Origin: Schizosaccharomyces osmophilus
Taxonomy: Eukaryota
Direction of reading: 5' to 3'
Length of the DNA stretch: 64,000 nucleotides
NCBI RefSeq assembly: GCF_027921745.1
Contig: NC_079240.1
Location: 2,108,001 to 2,172,000, forward strand
Shown: one piece after another, positions 1-11,199 of the stretch
How positions within the stretch are numbered: position 1 is the first letter of the stretch
Layout: each line of letters begins with the position of its first letter
Program-made: the position numbers and the translations under genes
Notes under the pieces: generated by a model
What the model saw: only the letters and a program-made list of their open reading frames with translations
The model's database searches: none
Told to the model about the DNA's origin: nothing

Positions 1-949
1 TTTTTATTTTCAACGGAAAGCAGACTTTTGTTTTAGAATTATTATAGAAACTTTTTGGTTACCCGTACAAGAACGGGCTGTTTTTGCAATGAATTAACTT
101 TTTCAGCTTGCTATTAAGAAATTGCGTGCATTAGAGACTTCAGTCTTCCAGACTTAACTACTTTGAACGTAAAGATATAGGCAAAAAAGCAAGTATACGT
201 TTTCGCACTATTCTTACTTCACAGTTTTACACTCCAGGTACAGCTATTAGTTGATGCGTCCTACTTTTGATATACAATTAAACTGCGCTCTCTTCCTACT
301 ATGGTATTACTTCGTCGGTGTCGTTGCAAGTACCAGAACTTGAAATTTCCAATTGCACTATATCCTTTTGTTGCTACCAAAGAATAGGATAATCTTATCC
401 GCTAACATAGTTGCTTAGCTTTGCTTTTTTTTTCGTTTTCTTTATGAATTGATACTCGCCAAGTTTATTCCAAAGAAATTCGGTTTGCAAGATAAGTTTC
501 CAGTGGAAACATCGCTTTCACATTTCAACCGATTTCGGAGCTTATTCTATATTTGGTATAAAAACGATCTTGGTATTTTCTGTGGGCAACAATAATTTAT
601 TGCATCTTACGTTCAACTGAATTCGTAACGACATGGTTCAAGCTCAACAACATTGATAGCCCTACCCTGATGGTATCATTGGAATTAAAAATCCCAGGTA
701 TTTTGATGGCCAAAAAGACTTGTCTTTTCTTATTGAAGTCATAAATACGTTCACCGAAGATGATCATATTTGATTTCATGGAAAACTGACAAACGTCGGT
801 TTGTTAAATACCAAATCGTCGCTTTTCAATTAAGAACATAGGTTTATATACATTGTCAATCCAATTGATTCGGCGACTCGATTTCCTTAAACTTTTGTGG
901 TGTTCTTATCGCATCTTTCTCATTCTGTTTGCTATTTTAAACATTTGTT

Positions 950-1609
950 ATGTATGCCTCTAGGTCTTCTTTACGAAGCTCGATTGATAATCTTGACTGG
1001 ATCGACCTTGCAGATGCCATGGAAAGTACCTTTGGGTCTCCAGTACCTTCGCCGAATACAGAAGCTCCGCCACAAGAAAAGTACAAAGAAAGAAGCGAAA
1101 GACAGAGCTCATTTTCATCCACATCTGGACACGAAATACAGCCCCCAACAACCAATTCTAATTCCACTTCAAAGTCCATTCTGGCCTGGATCCATTTTTT
1201 CGTAACGGGCGGGATTTTCACTTTGATGATTGTCAGCTTTGCTGATATTTACCACATGTTTCGATTCAAAGAAAAGCTTTTCATACGTTATATGACGTCC
1301 GGGCGACTTGAGTTTTTTTCTTGCGGCATTGTTTTACTTGGCTTGTATATAGCAATTCTTTGTAAGCGAGTTCTATTTTTATACAAGATGCATTTACTAA
1401 CGAATATCTCTTTATATAGGGGGTCTATTGGTTTCTTACGTCGAAATACTGGAAGCAGAAGAGCTAAGTCGAAATCGACTTCTCTATAAAACACACAGAT
1501 GTAAGAGATTTCACGTGAGCATGATTGAATTATAGAAACTAATTGTTCTTGAATAGATTTCTTGCAAACTTATTGTGGACTACGACCGTATATGACTTTG
1601 GCTCGATAA
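950..1609 (+). CDS. Three-exon orphan membrane protein (~181 aa, about 2 TM segments)
   Basis: Exons 950-1361, 1420-1500, 1557-1609. Introns GTAAGC..TACTAAC..TAG and GTAAGA..ACTAAT..TAG splice in frame to TAA at 1607-1609. S/P-rich N-terminus followed by hydrophobic segments. Confidence 0.7.
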
Positions 1610-2314
1610 TATCCAAAACCCAATATACTTCTAACGTCAATATCAAATCTTGTCTTCCTCCTCGTGGGCGAAGAAAACAATTGTCATTTAAAATAGCCTT
1701 CGTTCAAATCTTATATCCATTTTGCCATACTCTATCGCGCTGCTAGGACCCGCTTCTTTGCTAAGTGCATTCACGCACATCTGAGTTCACTTTATTTGAA
1801 ATAAACAGTTATCACTATATACCATTGAACTTGATGCCTTTTGAATTCACGGAAATGTACGGAAATGTATTCTTTGACCCAATATAGCAACTATTGATGA
1901 TGAAACACAATTTGTACAGCTAATACCGCACGCCTGTTTCGATTAAAGTTGTACTAGAATTAAGATATGATTGCAATGTACATATTTCCTAAACTTGCCA
2001 ATTATTAAAACACTAAAATATATGAAAGCACTTGAAGAACTTATTCGCTCAAACCATATATACCCATTTCAATCTAGTATATCTCTGGGATAATGAGGAT
2101 TCCTCGACCTAAAGCACATTCATTTCGTAATCATTAAATGTCGTTTTCTACCATAAAACAAGGGAAATGAGAGACGTATCTTTTTATTTCTAACAACTTG
2201 TACATCCAAGTCGTAGAAAGCGTAGTTTCGTTATTAAGTTATCACACTTGCTGTATCTTTTTCACCGTATAGAGCAATAATTGCCTGGGGCAGAAAACTA
2301 GATTGAAGTCTCCA

Positions 2315-2893
2315 TCAAAAATTGAGGTCTGTCGTTGCATCGCTCCCTTTATCATTAGTAGATTGACCAAAATTAAATGGAGAATCAGCTTTAGGACGTG
2401 TAGTTTCATCTTCCCATTTCTCCTGATTAAAATCCACTTCAGGAGTCAAACTGTTAAAATCTCTATTTAAACGTCCTTGATCCTCTTGCGCTACTGACAA
2501 TCGACGATTCAATCTCCTGGATGCTCCTCGAGGAGGTACTTGCTTCCCAGGACTAAGGAACTGGTTCTCGTTTCCTAGGTGTTCGTTTTCGTTTGACATT
2601 TAGGTAAGGAGAAAAATTATTAATGCTGACAATACAAACACACCTGCTCCATCGGAGAGAGTATATATACCTCTAGATTCAATTCCCACTTCAACGTCAT
2701 GATACTTTACGATTTCGCTTGTCGCCTTCGTCAATGGCCAAGTGTCATCAATCCATTCATTGCGAATTAGCGCCTCTGAGCCTTCGTTCGCAATCCTTTT
2801 TTGAAGTCTCAAAAAGAGGCAAAATCCTAAATCGGCGTGACGTAGATATTAACACTTCGCTGTTTCAGCATTTGTCCATCGCATTCTTGACAT
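2315..2893 (-). pseudogene. Possible spliced orphan gene with a premature stop
   Basis: MSRMRWTNAETAKC*YLRHADLG... with TAA at 2849-2851 continues in frame into ORF 2600-2812. A 96-nt GT..TAG intron (2575-2670) joins it in frame to ORF 2315-2599. Confidence 0.35.
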
Positions 2894-3192
2894 GATATCC
2901 TTGTTATGTAAACGATACAATAAGAATGGTTGAATTTACTAAGTACCTTCTGGAAACGACCATATTTGAGACCCTTCTTTCTTCCGCTAATAACAAGTTT
3001 AATGACATGAAGGTTCAAACGATTCCTGTAATAAAGTAGCAAGTTATATATCTCTCGTTTTATTTTGCTTTCATGTTATTTGTAGGAATAGACTTTAAGG
3101 CCAATCAGTTTTATAATTATATTTATAGACGTTTTCTTAAACCATTGATCTTCTATCTCGTAAGCGAGTTCAGGGAATTATAGGGTAGGAGA

Positions 3193-3822
3193 TTAGGTAT
3201 CGCTAGTCGTAGAAATGATATTATGGATGGCTTCAACGAGAATTTTATGTTCCACACCGTGAATCTTGTCTTCTAGGGTTTCAACGGTGTCTGAAGATTC
3301 TATAGGAATTTCCTGAATCAAAATGGGTTTTCCTCCATCTACCTCCGTAACGACCCAGTGTACCATAGCCCCTGTTTTTGTTATTTTTCCTTGTTGGGCA
3401 GCTTCGAAAGCTCGCTCAATCGCATGGATCCCGTTAAAGGCACCAGGAAGAGCAGGATGAAGATTTATGATTCCAATGTTTCGTCTTTCTAATGGGCCTA
3501 GAACCTCGGGAGACAAAATGTGCATCCAACCTGCACAGACAACCAATGAAGGCTTCAAAGCGATAATTCTCTCTGCCAAATCCGTGTCGTACTTATTCCG
3601 ACCAAGATCATTCCCGTATTCTTTTTTATAAGGAAGTAAAGGATGCACTGACGTTGGAATTCCGACTTTTGATGCCCGTTCTAGTCCATACGCATTTTTG
3701 CGATTAGACAGCACATGACTGACAATAGCTTCTCCTTTTAAAATTCCATTTTGTGTAGCATCAATTATTGACTGAAGATTCGATCCTGAACCAGAAATTA
3801 ATACAACTAAGGATGCAACCAT
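3193..3822 (-). CDS. ade5: Phosphoribosylglycinamide (GAR) formyltransferase
   Basis: VLISGSGSNLQ and INLHPALP motifs; start taken at MVASLVV (3822). Confidence 0.96.
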   Translation of the reverse strand: MVASLVVLISGSGSNLQSIIDATQNGILKGEAIVSHVLSNRKNAYGLERASKVGIPTSVHPLLPYKKEYGNDLGRNKYDTDLAERIIALKPSLVVCAGWMHILSPEVLGPLERRNIGIINLHPALPGAFNGIHAIERAFEAAQQGKITKTGAMVHWVVTEVDGGKPILIQEIPIESSDTVETLEDKIHGVEHKILVEAIHNIISTTSDT

Positions 3823-4377
3823 TGTAGGAGGTAGCTGGTAGTCGTTAAGTAAATCTCTTATCTTCAGAGATTCCATCCAAGGTCCAAACGTTTACTTTCC
3901 TTATTAGTTTACAGACAAAATCGTATTAAAACATTGCAATTACCCCTTAAGCCTCTTTAATACTTCAAACAGACTTTGAAAAAAATATTCCAGAATTCTG
4001 TTGATGATCAGGTTTCACTACTCCTTGTGGACTTGACATTCTTTAGATTCAATAAATTCCCAAGTAGCCTTAAACACCCGTTTCAAGAGTTTTGCATATA
4101 ATCTCACTTCATGCCTTTTAACTCATTTCCAAAAACTCTTTTCTTTTTTCCATTTTAGTTTTAATCGATACCATAGCAATCAGATAAAATTTTTTCAGCC
4201 TCCAAATTCATCTGTTCTTTAATTCCACTTGTTTCATCCACCATATCATATTAGGTTACTACTTGACAATGTTTTAGCTTTTCAAGTTCATCAGCAGAAA
4301 ATCCACTTTAATATTCCTAAAATCCAATAGATAATATTTTTACCCGGTTAATCCCACATAACTATTTTTCAAAATTA

Positions 4378-6303
4378 TCAAAGCATTTCCAAAAGTTTTT
4401 GTGTTCCACGAAATTCTGACTTCTTCAATGTCTTTTGATGCTTCTTCAGCTGGTCCAAAAACTTCTTTCTTTCTTTTTCATCCAACGTTTCCAAAACAGC
4501 AAGAACGACGAATGCTCCATCTCCAGTAGCCCACTCTACCAAGTGTTCACTGATTACATCTTTCAAGCCTTCAGCTACACCTAATTCTTCTTCTGACTTC
4601 ACGACACGCTTTTCTGTTCCATTCCAATGTCCGTTCTGAACAAGGGTTTTCAAGGCACGAGAACAGTGAATTTGGTGTACCAAATGCGTTTCATCAGCGG
4701 GGTTTCCTTCAAATGCTCTTAAAACCGCATTGACTGCAGATTCTTTATCGCCAGGCACGGTCAATAAAGTATCAACAACCACTTGAGAGCTCAAAGATTC
4801 AGCCAACAACTCGCCGGCAGCATTACTAATCACATTTAATAACATAGGTCCGATAGCGGCCTTTAACTCATTTCTACGCACAGCTGGATCCTTTTTCGAG
4901 GTGGCGGCTTTAAGCGGTTCTAAAGAAGCTAGCATTGTGCGGTTCTCTTTACTGAAGTATCGAGCATCTTCCCAGCCAACTAGTACGTACAACAAAACTC
5001 TGCGGGAAAATTTATGTACAGATAACTTGATAAGTTCGTTTTCAAATTCTGCTTGGAGCAACTTTCCAGTCATAATAGTATCATCAGTACAGTCTAGAGC
5101 GGTGACTAAAACTAAATGACCATATGAGTCTTTAGCCGTTTCTACAAAATAGGGACGTAACACTTTTAGCATGGCCTTACGGTCCTTAGCATTTGCAATG
5201 GCGAATAGCTTCATAGCAACTTGTGAACCATCTCTTGTATGCACAAACTCGTAGATTTGCTCCTTCGTAGCTAACAATAGGTCCTTTGCTTCGTTTGAGC
5301 TAGCATGTTGGATAAACTCTAACATGGCTCTATGAACCATTGTGAAACCAATCGAGCCTTTGGCAATTGAGCCCTCAATGGTTTTCCATAAGTTATTCAT
5401 GACGCTTGCACGCTTCTCAGGGTGTTCTTGCAAAATCTTGTCTATGTGCATATCCTGCGTTCTTTCCTTAAAAACTTGAAATTCTGGTCCATAAAACTCG
5501 CAAATTAAGGCAGTTTGTTGTTGTAGATTGGTATATTCACGGAAAATGTCTTCAACAACATAGGCAGCTTCTCGGTGTCTAATCAATTTCGTAACATGTC
5601 CATACAATTCTCCTAGAGCTCCTTCTTTCATTTTTGGAGTTCCATACTTGAAAAGCTTAACTGCGAGGTATTTTCCGTAAGGGCTCTTGCATAGTTCAAC
5701 AAAGCTACCACTAAGTTCACTAGCAATGATTTCGCGTTGCTGTTTAGAACCATACTTGACACATGTTTGGATAACACGGGACATATCATGCTTGAATACT
5801 ATCTGCTTTACGTTTGACTTGATCATGTCAAAAAGTTCAGATACTAACGTTTTGCGTTCATCGGCCTTTATTGATCCTTTTTGACGAAGTTTATCCCATA
5901 AGGTTTTAGCCTTCGTGCTAACATCAGCAAAGGGTTTTGAAGCTTTACGGTCCTTTTGTAGCTTCTTTTGGTTAGCATGAGCATCTTTAGATTTTTTCTT
6001 GCTTTCCTCGGACTTTTCTTCTCCGTCCTCTTCTTCGTTATCTAGCTCGTCTTCATCTTCAAAACCAGTGAATTCATCTCCTCCCTCGCCCTCACTTTCT
6101 TCAGCAACATTATTATCTTCATCGATTTCAGAATCGGAAGAAATGGGGGAGCCGGATTCCGAGGGAGATTCTTCTGGAGAAGCAACTGCTTGCTTCTTGG
6201 ATTTAACCTTCAATTCAACTGAATCAGCAGGTTTCGATCGTTTATTATCTGTTTTATTTCCATTTTTCAATCCGGTATTTGCTTTTCTCTTTCCAATAGC
6301 CAT
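4378..6303 (-). CDS. puf6: Pumilio-family nucleolar RNA-binding protein Puf6
   Basis: Acidic/basic N-terminus, Puf repeats (HDMSRVIQTCVKYG), CPL-like C-terminus. Confidence 0.92.
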   Translation of the reverse strand: MAIGKRKANTGLKNGNKTDNKRSKPADSVELKVKSKKQAVASPEESPSESGSPISSDSEIDEDNNVAEESEGEGGDEFTGFEDEDELDNEEEDGEEKSEESKKKSKDAHANQKKLQKDRKASKPFADVSTKAKTLWDKLRQKGSIKADERKTLVSELFDMIKSNVKQIVFKHDMSRVIQTCVKYGSKQQREIIASELSGSFVELCKSPYGKYLAVKLFKYGTPKMKEGALGELYGHVTKLIRHREAAYVVEDIFREYTNLQQQTALICEFYGPEFQVFKERTQDMHIDKILQEHPEKRASVMNNLWKTIEGSIAKGSIGFTMVHRAMLEFIQHASSNEAKDLLLATKEQIYEFVHTRDGSQVAMKLFAIANAKDRKAMLKVLRPYFVETAKDSYGHLVLVTALDCTDDTIMTGKLLQAEFENELIKLSVHKFSRRVLLYVLVGWEDARYFSKENRTMLASLEPLKAATSKKDPAVRRNELKAAIGPMLLNVISNAAGELLAESLSSQVVVDTLLTVPGDKESAVNAVLRAFEGNPADETHLVHQIHCSRALKTLVQNGHWNGTEKRVVKSEEELGVAEGLKDVISEHLVEWATGDGAFVVLAVLETLDEKERKKFLDQLKKHQKTLKKSEFRGTQKLLEML

Positions 6304-6760
6304 GTTTTTCAAAGGTTTTCAAAAAGATGAAAAAGGCTGGTGTTGGTAGAGGAGGAAATTTGCCGACCTGATCATTGCTCCGTTAATTTCAATGCCATCT
6401 CCAAACTCAGTAGTAATTTTTTTAATTTTTAAATAAAAATAATAAGTATTTTTTAATTTCAGACAGGAATAAAGTTGAAAATGCCACAACTGCGTATATC
6501 AGATTTTGCTTTCTACACAAGAAATCATTAAGTAGTAATTGCCGTACACTGTTGAAATAACTGTGAAGGAAGACTTTATAGAGTAGGCATTTGCTTGGTT
6601 GGGCCCATTGATGAGAACGTTACTTTGAAACAAGTCAGGATGACAGGAAATGTCAAACTGCATGATATTAAAGCATAAAAAAAAGAAAAGAATAAAAGAC
6701 TAAGAAAAATCAACCAATCGTTCTTTTTAGAGACCAGCTATAGATTTACTCAAGCATCGT

Positions 6761-7496
6761 CTATTGTTCGCGAGATCGAACATTCCTTTCAAAATGTTCA
6801 GAAAAAGCTCCTTGAAGTACTTCACGTAATTGATCATCAATGTTGACGCCGCTTTCTCTAAGTGCCAGGATTCGGTCTATTTCTGCTTTCCGATTTTGAT
6901 CAAGCAAAGGCTGTCCAGCAGCCTCATCCATTTCCTGAGGACTTAAGTACTGGGCATACTCTAACTTCGTATCCTTGGGCATATTGCCATTATTAGGTTC
7001 TAAATCACTAAACGTGTAAAGGTAGGAGGCCAGCTCGGGAAACTCCCCATTTTCTTCAACAACTTGCGCGGCAATCAAGCCATCGTTGTTTTTAGCACAA
7101 GCATCCGCTTTATATTTTTCAATTAAATCTTGAGCAACTTCTATCTTTTCGCAAACAAACAAGGGCGTCTCTCCGTCCTGATCATTAACATTAGCATCTC
7201 CCCCATGTTCGACGAGGATTTCTAGTAAATCGCGATGGCCTGAACATTTAGTATACAAAGTCAAAAAAAAAAAAAAAAAAGAACTTACCGTAAGATGCAG
7301 CTGCATGCATAGCAGTATATCCATTTTCATCGGGTTGATTTGGAGATACTCCGTTTTGTAAATGTTTCTGTTGTGTAAGCAAGATAACTTCAAAAGCAAA
7401 CTTCTTTTTTTAAGGATTAAGCAGACTTCTTACCAATACAATTTCCGCGTTGCCGTCAGAAGCAGCAATCCATATATTTGGACTGATTGTCGCCAT
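6761..7496 (-). CDS. Ankyrin-repeat protein (3 exons)
   Basis: Exons 7434-7496, 7289-7367, 6761-7239 give NIWIAASDG..DENGYTAMHAAASYGH..DGETPLF ankyrin repeats. Confidence 0.88.
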
Positions 7497-7993
7497 ATTG
7501 GTAATTGGTAAGTTTTGAAAGGATCGCTTTTATGTTGAATAGAATAATTACCAGTTCAGAGCAGAATCCGGAAAGCATTGACAATATATATGAAATAAAT
7601 AATAAATAAATACAACAGTTTGTTCCAAGGATCGATATTCTTCGAATAATTATTACGTTTGGAGTTTCCGACATGAATTGAATTTTTCCCTTTCAATTGA
7701 TAAGGACTATTCAACTTTGATTCTTCTTTGTAATTGATCATCTCTTTTTTTTTTTTTTATTGTTTTGTGCTTAGACTTTCCATAATTGGCTTCATCAACT
7801 TTTCCTTTTGGTACTTCATCAAGCCAGACCCGTATGAACCATTTTCGCTTTTATGTAACCCATTAACAACTTAAAGAAAACGTTTGACAGATCACCGAAT
7901 TCATCAAAAAGACTTTTTTTAGACAATTCAAGTCTTTTGTTTACATTTCAATTAGCACACTCGAACGATATGTAATGAGAAAGTCAATTTCAA

Positions 7994-8001
7994 CAGTCAC
8001 A
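7994..8001 (+). promoter_or_regulatory. Homol D box upstream of the P1 ribosomal protein gene
   Basis: Exact CAGTCACA about 90 bp before ATG 8090; known fission-yeast RP promoter element. Confidence 0.8.
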
Positions 8002-8089
8002 TAAAATTTGGGTCAAATCAATTTTGCACGAGATTGACTAGCCCTTTCAAACATCCTTCTTCACAACAAAACACGAAAAGGCAATTAAA

Positions 8090-8535
8090 ATGTCTGCCTC
8101 TGAACTCGCTACCAGTTACGCTGCTCTCATTTTGGCCGACGAGGGAATTGAAATCACCGTATGTTGAACTATCAAGTGAACCTTACCTCCAAATCATTCA
8201 GTAGAAATACTGTGCTATCCGTTACTGAAGGAAGCTTGTCCACTTGGTAAAAATGTAGAAGAAATATACTAACAAGTACTTAGTCCGACAAGCTTTTGTC
8301 TTTGACTAAGGCTGGTAATGTTGAAGTTGAACCCATTTGGGCTAGCATCTTTGCTAAGGCCCTTGAAGGCAAAGACCTTAAGGAACTTCTCTTAAACATT
8401 GGCTCCGGTGCTGCTGCTGCCCCTGTCGCTGGTGCTCCTGCCGCCGCTGGTGAAGCTCCTGCTGAAGAGAAGAAGGAGGAACCCAAGGCTGAGGAAGAAT
8501 CTGACGAAGACATGGGCTTCGGTTTGTTCGACTAA
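8090..8535 (+). CDS. rpp103: 60S acidic ribosomal protein P1
   Basis: [15 protein letters not shown] start, intron 8159-8283, C-terminal [13 protein letters not shown]. Paralog number assigned from recalled synteny. Confidence 0.93.
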
Positions 8536-9034
8536 ACCCAAAAATATACGATTTTTTAGTCTTGTATTAATTAAAGTACCTTCCATTCATTTTTGTGTCT
8601 TCGTACGTTTGTTTGATTTCCTGTAGTTTCTTTTTTGTTTCATTTTATACCTGTTTTTTAGAATGGTAGTTCATATGTAACTGTTCATTGGCAACTGCTT
8701 CATAATCCTAAAAAAGCAACGTTTCATTTGTCATGAAAAGAATCATATTCACTCTTTATTTTTATCATTGTTTCAAGTTTTGTGACAGACAACGAACATT
8801 CAATTTTCACGAGTCAGAGACCACGAGATACATGTACTCATATTATTAACCATACCATACACCAGAAACTAGCTAGTAGTAAGTACCAGCTTAAATAAAA
8901 TTTTAAGGATCCCAAATGAGTTGAACGTAAATCCCAAGAATACTAAACAAACTTTCAAAAATTCTAGTACAAGACGCCATAACATTAAACGCTTCCTATG
9001 CAGAGAGCGCATGACTCCCAAAAGATATACATAT

Positions 9035-10002
9035 TTAAGTTAAAAGAAGAGCATTTACACAACCATCCATTTCAGGATTGTTGGTAATTTGTGCATATTT
9101 ACCCCAAACAACTTTACCACCAGAAGTTACCAATCCGAGTTCACTAACATTGACCTCCATGATGGTACCCTTGGTGAGAACACCCAACTGGGTGTATGTA
9201 GGGTTTTGGGGGTTCTTCTTCACACCAATAATGGGTAATTGCATTGTGACACCGAGTTCCTTATGCGTAACATTGGCTTTCTTTTGACGAAGAGCCATAG
9301 GACGAATGAAACGCTCATATTTAACGGGACGACGGGTGAAGCCATCACCAACAAAAGTAGCTTTCGTAATCATACGCTTCCACGACTTATCCTTACTTTT
9401 ACCGGTCTTAATCACCTTGAACATTTCGTCCTCAGGAACACCACGGACCTGGGGCAAAGGAACAGAATATTTGGCAGCCTTTTCCTTACGCTTTTGCTTA
9501 ACGGCACTAGAGAGCATCTTCGCTTGCGATTCCTGTTCACGATCAAGCAAATAGGTAGGAACAGCACCGGGTGCAGGAGCTTCAGAACCGCGTTGAGTGG
9601 TATTACGCTCTTCATGCTCCTTCATACTAAATATTATTAGTTAGTAGCCTTTCAATAAAATTCATGATGATAGATAGAGTCACTGAGGTGGCATATTTTA
9701 TCACCCACCTGTCTAGCGGTATCTATCCATTCGCTGAGTCAAAGTCATCACATACGTCTTCTTCATTTGAATCTTTTCTTTACGTCTCTTATTTTGGTGT
9801 AGCTTGGCCTTCAAACCACGAACCTTTTGGGAATAAAGGCTTGCATCGTGAGCTTCACGAGCTGATTTTTTACGACTAAACATTACGCGTTAGAACCAAC
9901 AACTCTTTAGCCAATTTCTTTTTCTAGTTACCTTCTCTCTTCATGATCGAAACGACGACCATGCTTACGAATTGATTCCTCAATATACTCGTTTTGAGGC
10001 AT
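9035..10002 (-). CDS. nsa2: Ribosome biogenesis protein Nsa2 (3 exons)
   Basis: [17 protein letters not shown] start at 10002; conserved C-terminus [16 protein letters not shown]; intron 2 is 9627-9755. Confidence 0.95.
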
Positions 10003-10431
10003 GCTATATTTGACTTGGTAGAAGACAAGTTTTTTCCACCAGTTTGCCTCTTACTGTTTCTGTGAGATATTTACTGAGTATTTTCGCAGTCGTTATTATG
10101 CGTAGTATATCGGTATAAGCCATTAACACCTTCCTGCATATCCCTAAACCGCTTTGTACTGAACACTAAAGGGAAGTAGCTTTCTTTGGAAATTACAGTT
10201 GGCTGGTAGAAATAGAAAAGAAAGGTTTGTTATATAGTACTTTTCCATTGGTATTACTTATAGAAGTGGACGCATTGGCATTCTTCTGTTTAGAAACGAA
10301 CAACAGATTATTTCTCAGCACAACCCGGACGTTGTTTAAAAACGCTGAAGCGGAGCCTTTATGAAATTTTGATTCATCCTTGCTAAAGAACTTTTTTTTT
10401 TGTATTAATTGGAATAGGAGATCATAAGGAA

Positions 10432-10884
10432 ATGTCTTCGTTGGATGAATCGGCAGAATTGAGAAAACAGCGGTTGCGCGAGTTGCGAAAAATTAAAGAA
10501 TCACAAGCAACTAAAGAAGCTCCAGATACGGAAAGAAAAGAGGAATTGATAAAACACCGTAATTATGATCCAGAAGCACAGGCTCCTCGTATGGGATTTG
10601 TTGAGCCCCCGAGAGCAGACGTTACAGTCGAAACTATATCAAAGGACATCGAAAACGAAACAAAACGAAGAATTCGAGAGCAAGAAAGCATACCTGAGGA
10701 AGAGTTAGACTTGACTACGTTAAGGCCAAAGAAGCCTACTTGGGATTTGGAAAGAGACTTAAAAGAGAGGATGGCTATTTTGGAGCCAAAAAACCAAAAT
10801 GCTCGAGCATACTATGTCCGACAAACGATCGCCGATAGAGAAAAGAAAAAGCAACAGCAACAAGAACAAGAACGTACAACTTAG
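10432..10884 (+). CDS. cwf18: Splicing factor Cwf18
   Basis: RNYDP and LRPKKPTWDLERDL motifs. Confidence 0.92.
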   Translation: MSSLDESAELRKQRLRELRKIKESQATKEAPDTERKEELIKHRNYDPEAQAPRMGFVEPPRADVTVETISKDIENETKRRIREQESIPEEELDLTTLRPKKPTWDLERDLKERMAILEPKNQNARAYYVRQTIADREKKKQQQQEQERTT

Positions 10885-11199
10885 AGATTCTGTTATCCTT
10901 GATACAATTGTCCCAACTTTTATGTTCACATTTTGGTATTTCTTTTAGTTATTTCATTATGTTCATTTTTTTATGCTTCTATAAATAATGATCCATACAA
11001 AAGTTCATAACCGTTGATTGTGATTAGGTTGTTTCCTAAGCATACTCAAAAGTAAAAGTTTATTAATTCCAATCCATTGCCTCATGCGGATACCATTATA
11101 GACAAGTAGATATATTCATTAGCCATTAAAAAGTTCATGGATCATTGAAACCGCAAAAGACAATAGAGACGCATTTGCAAACCATAAATAACGAGTTAT

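Noticed and set aside
1895..1960. ATGATGA box-C-like motif
   Set aside because: No matching box D or terminal stem found.
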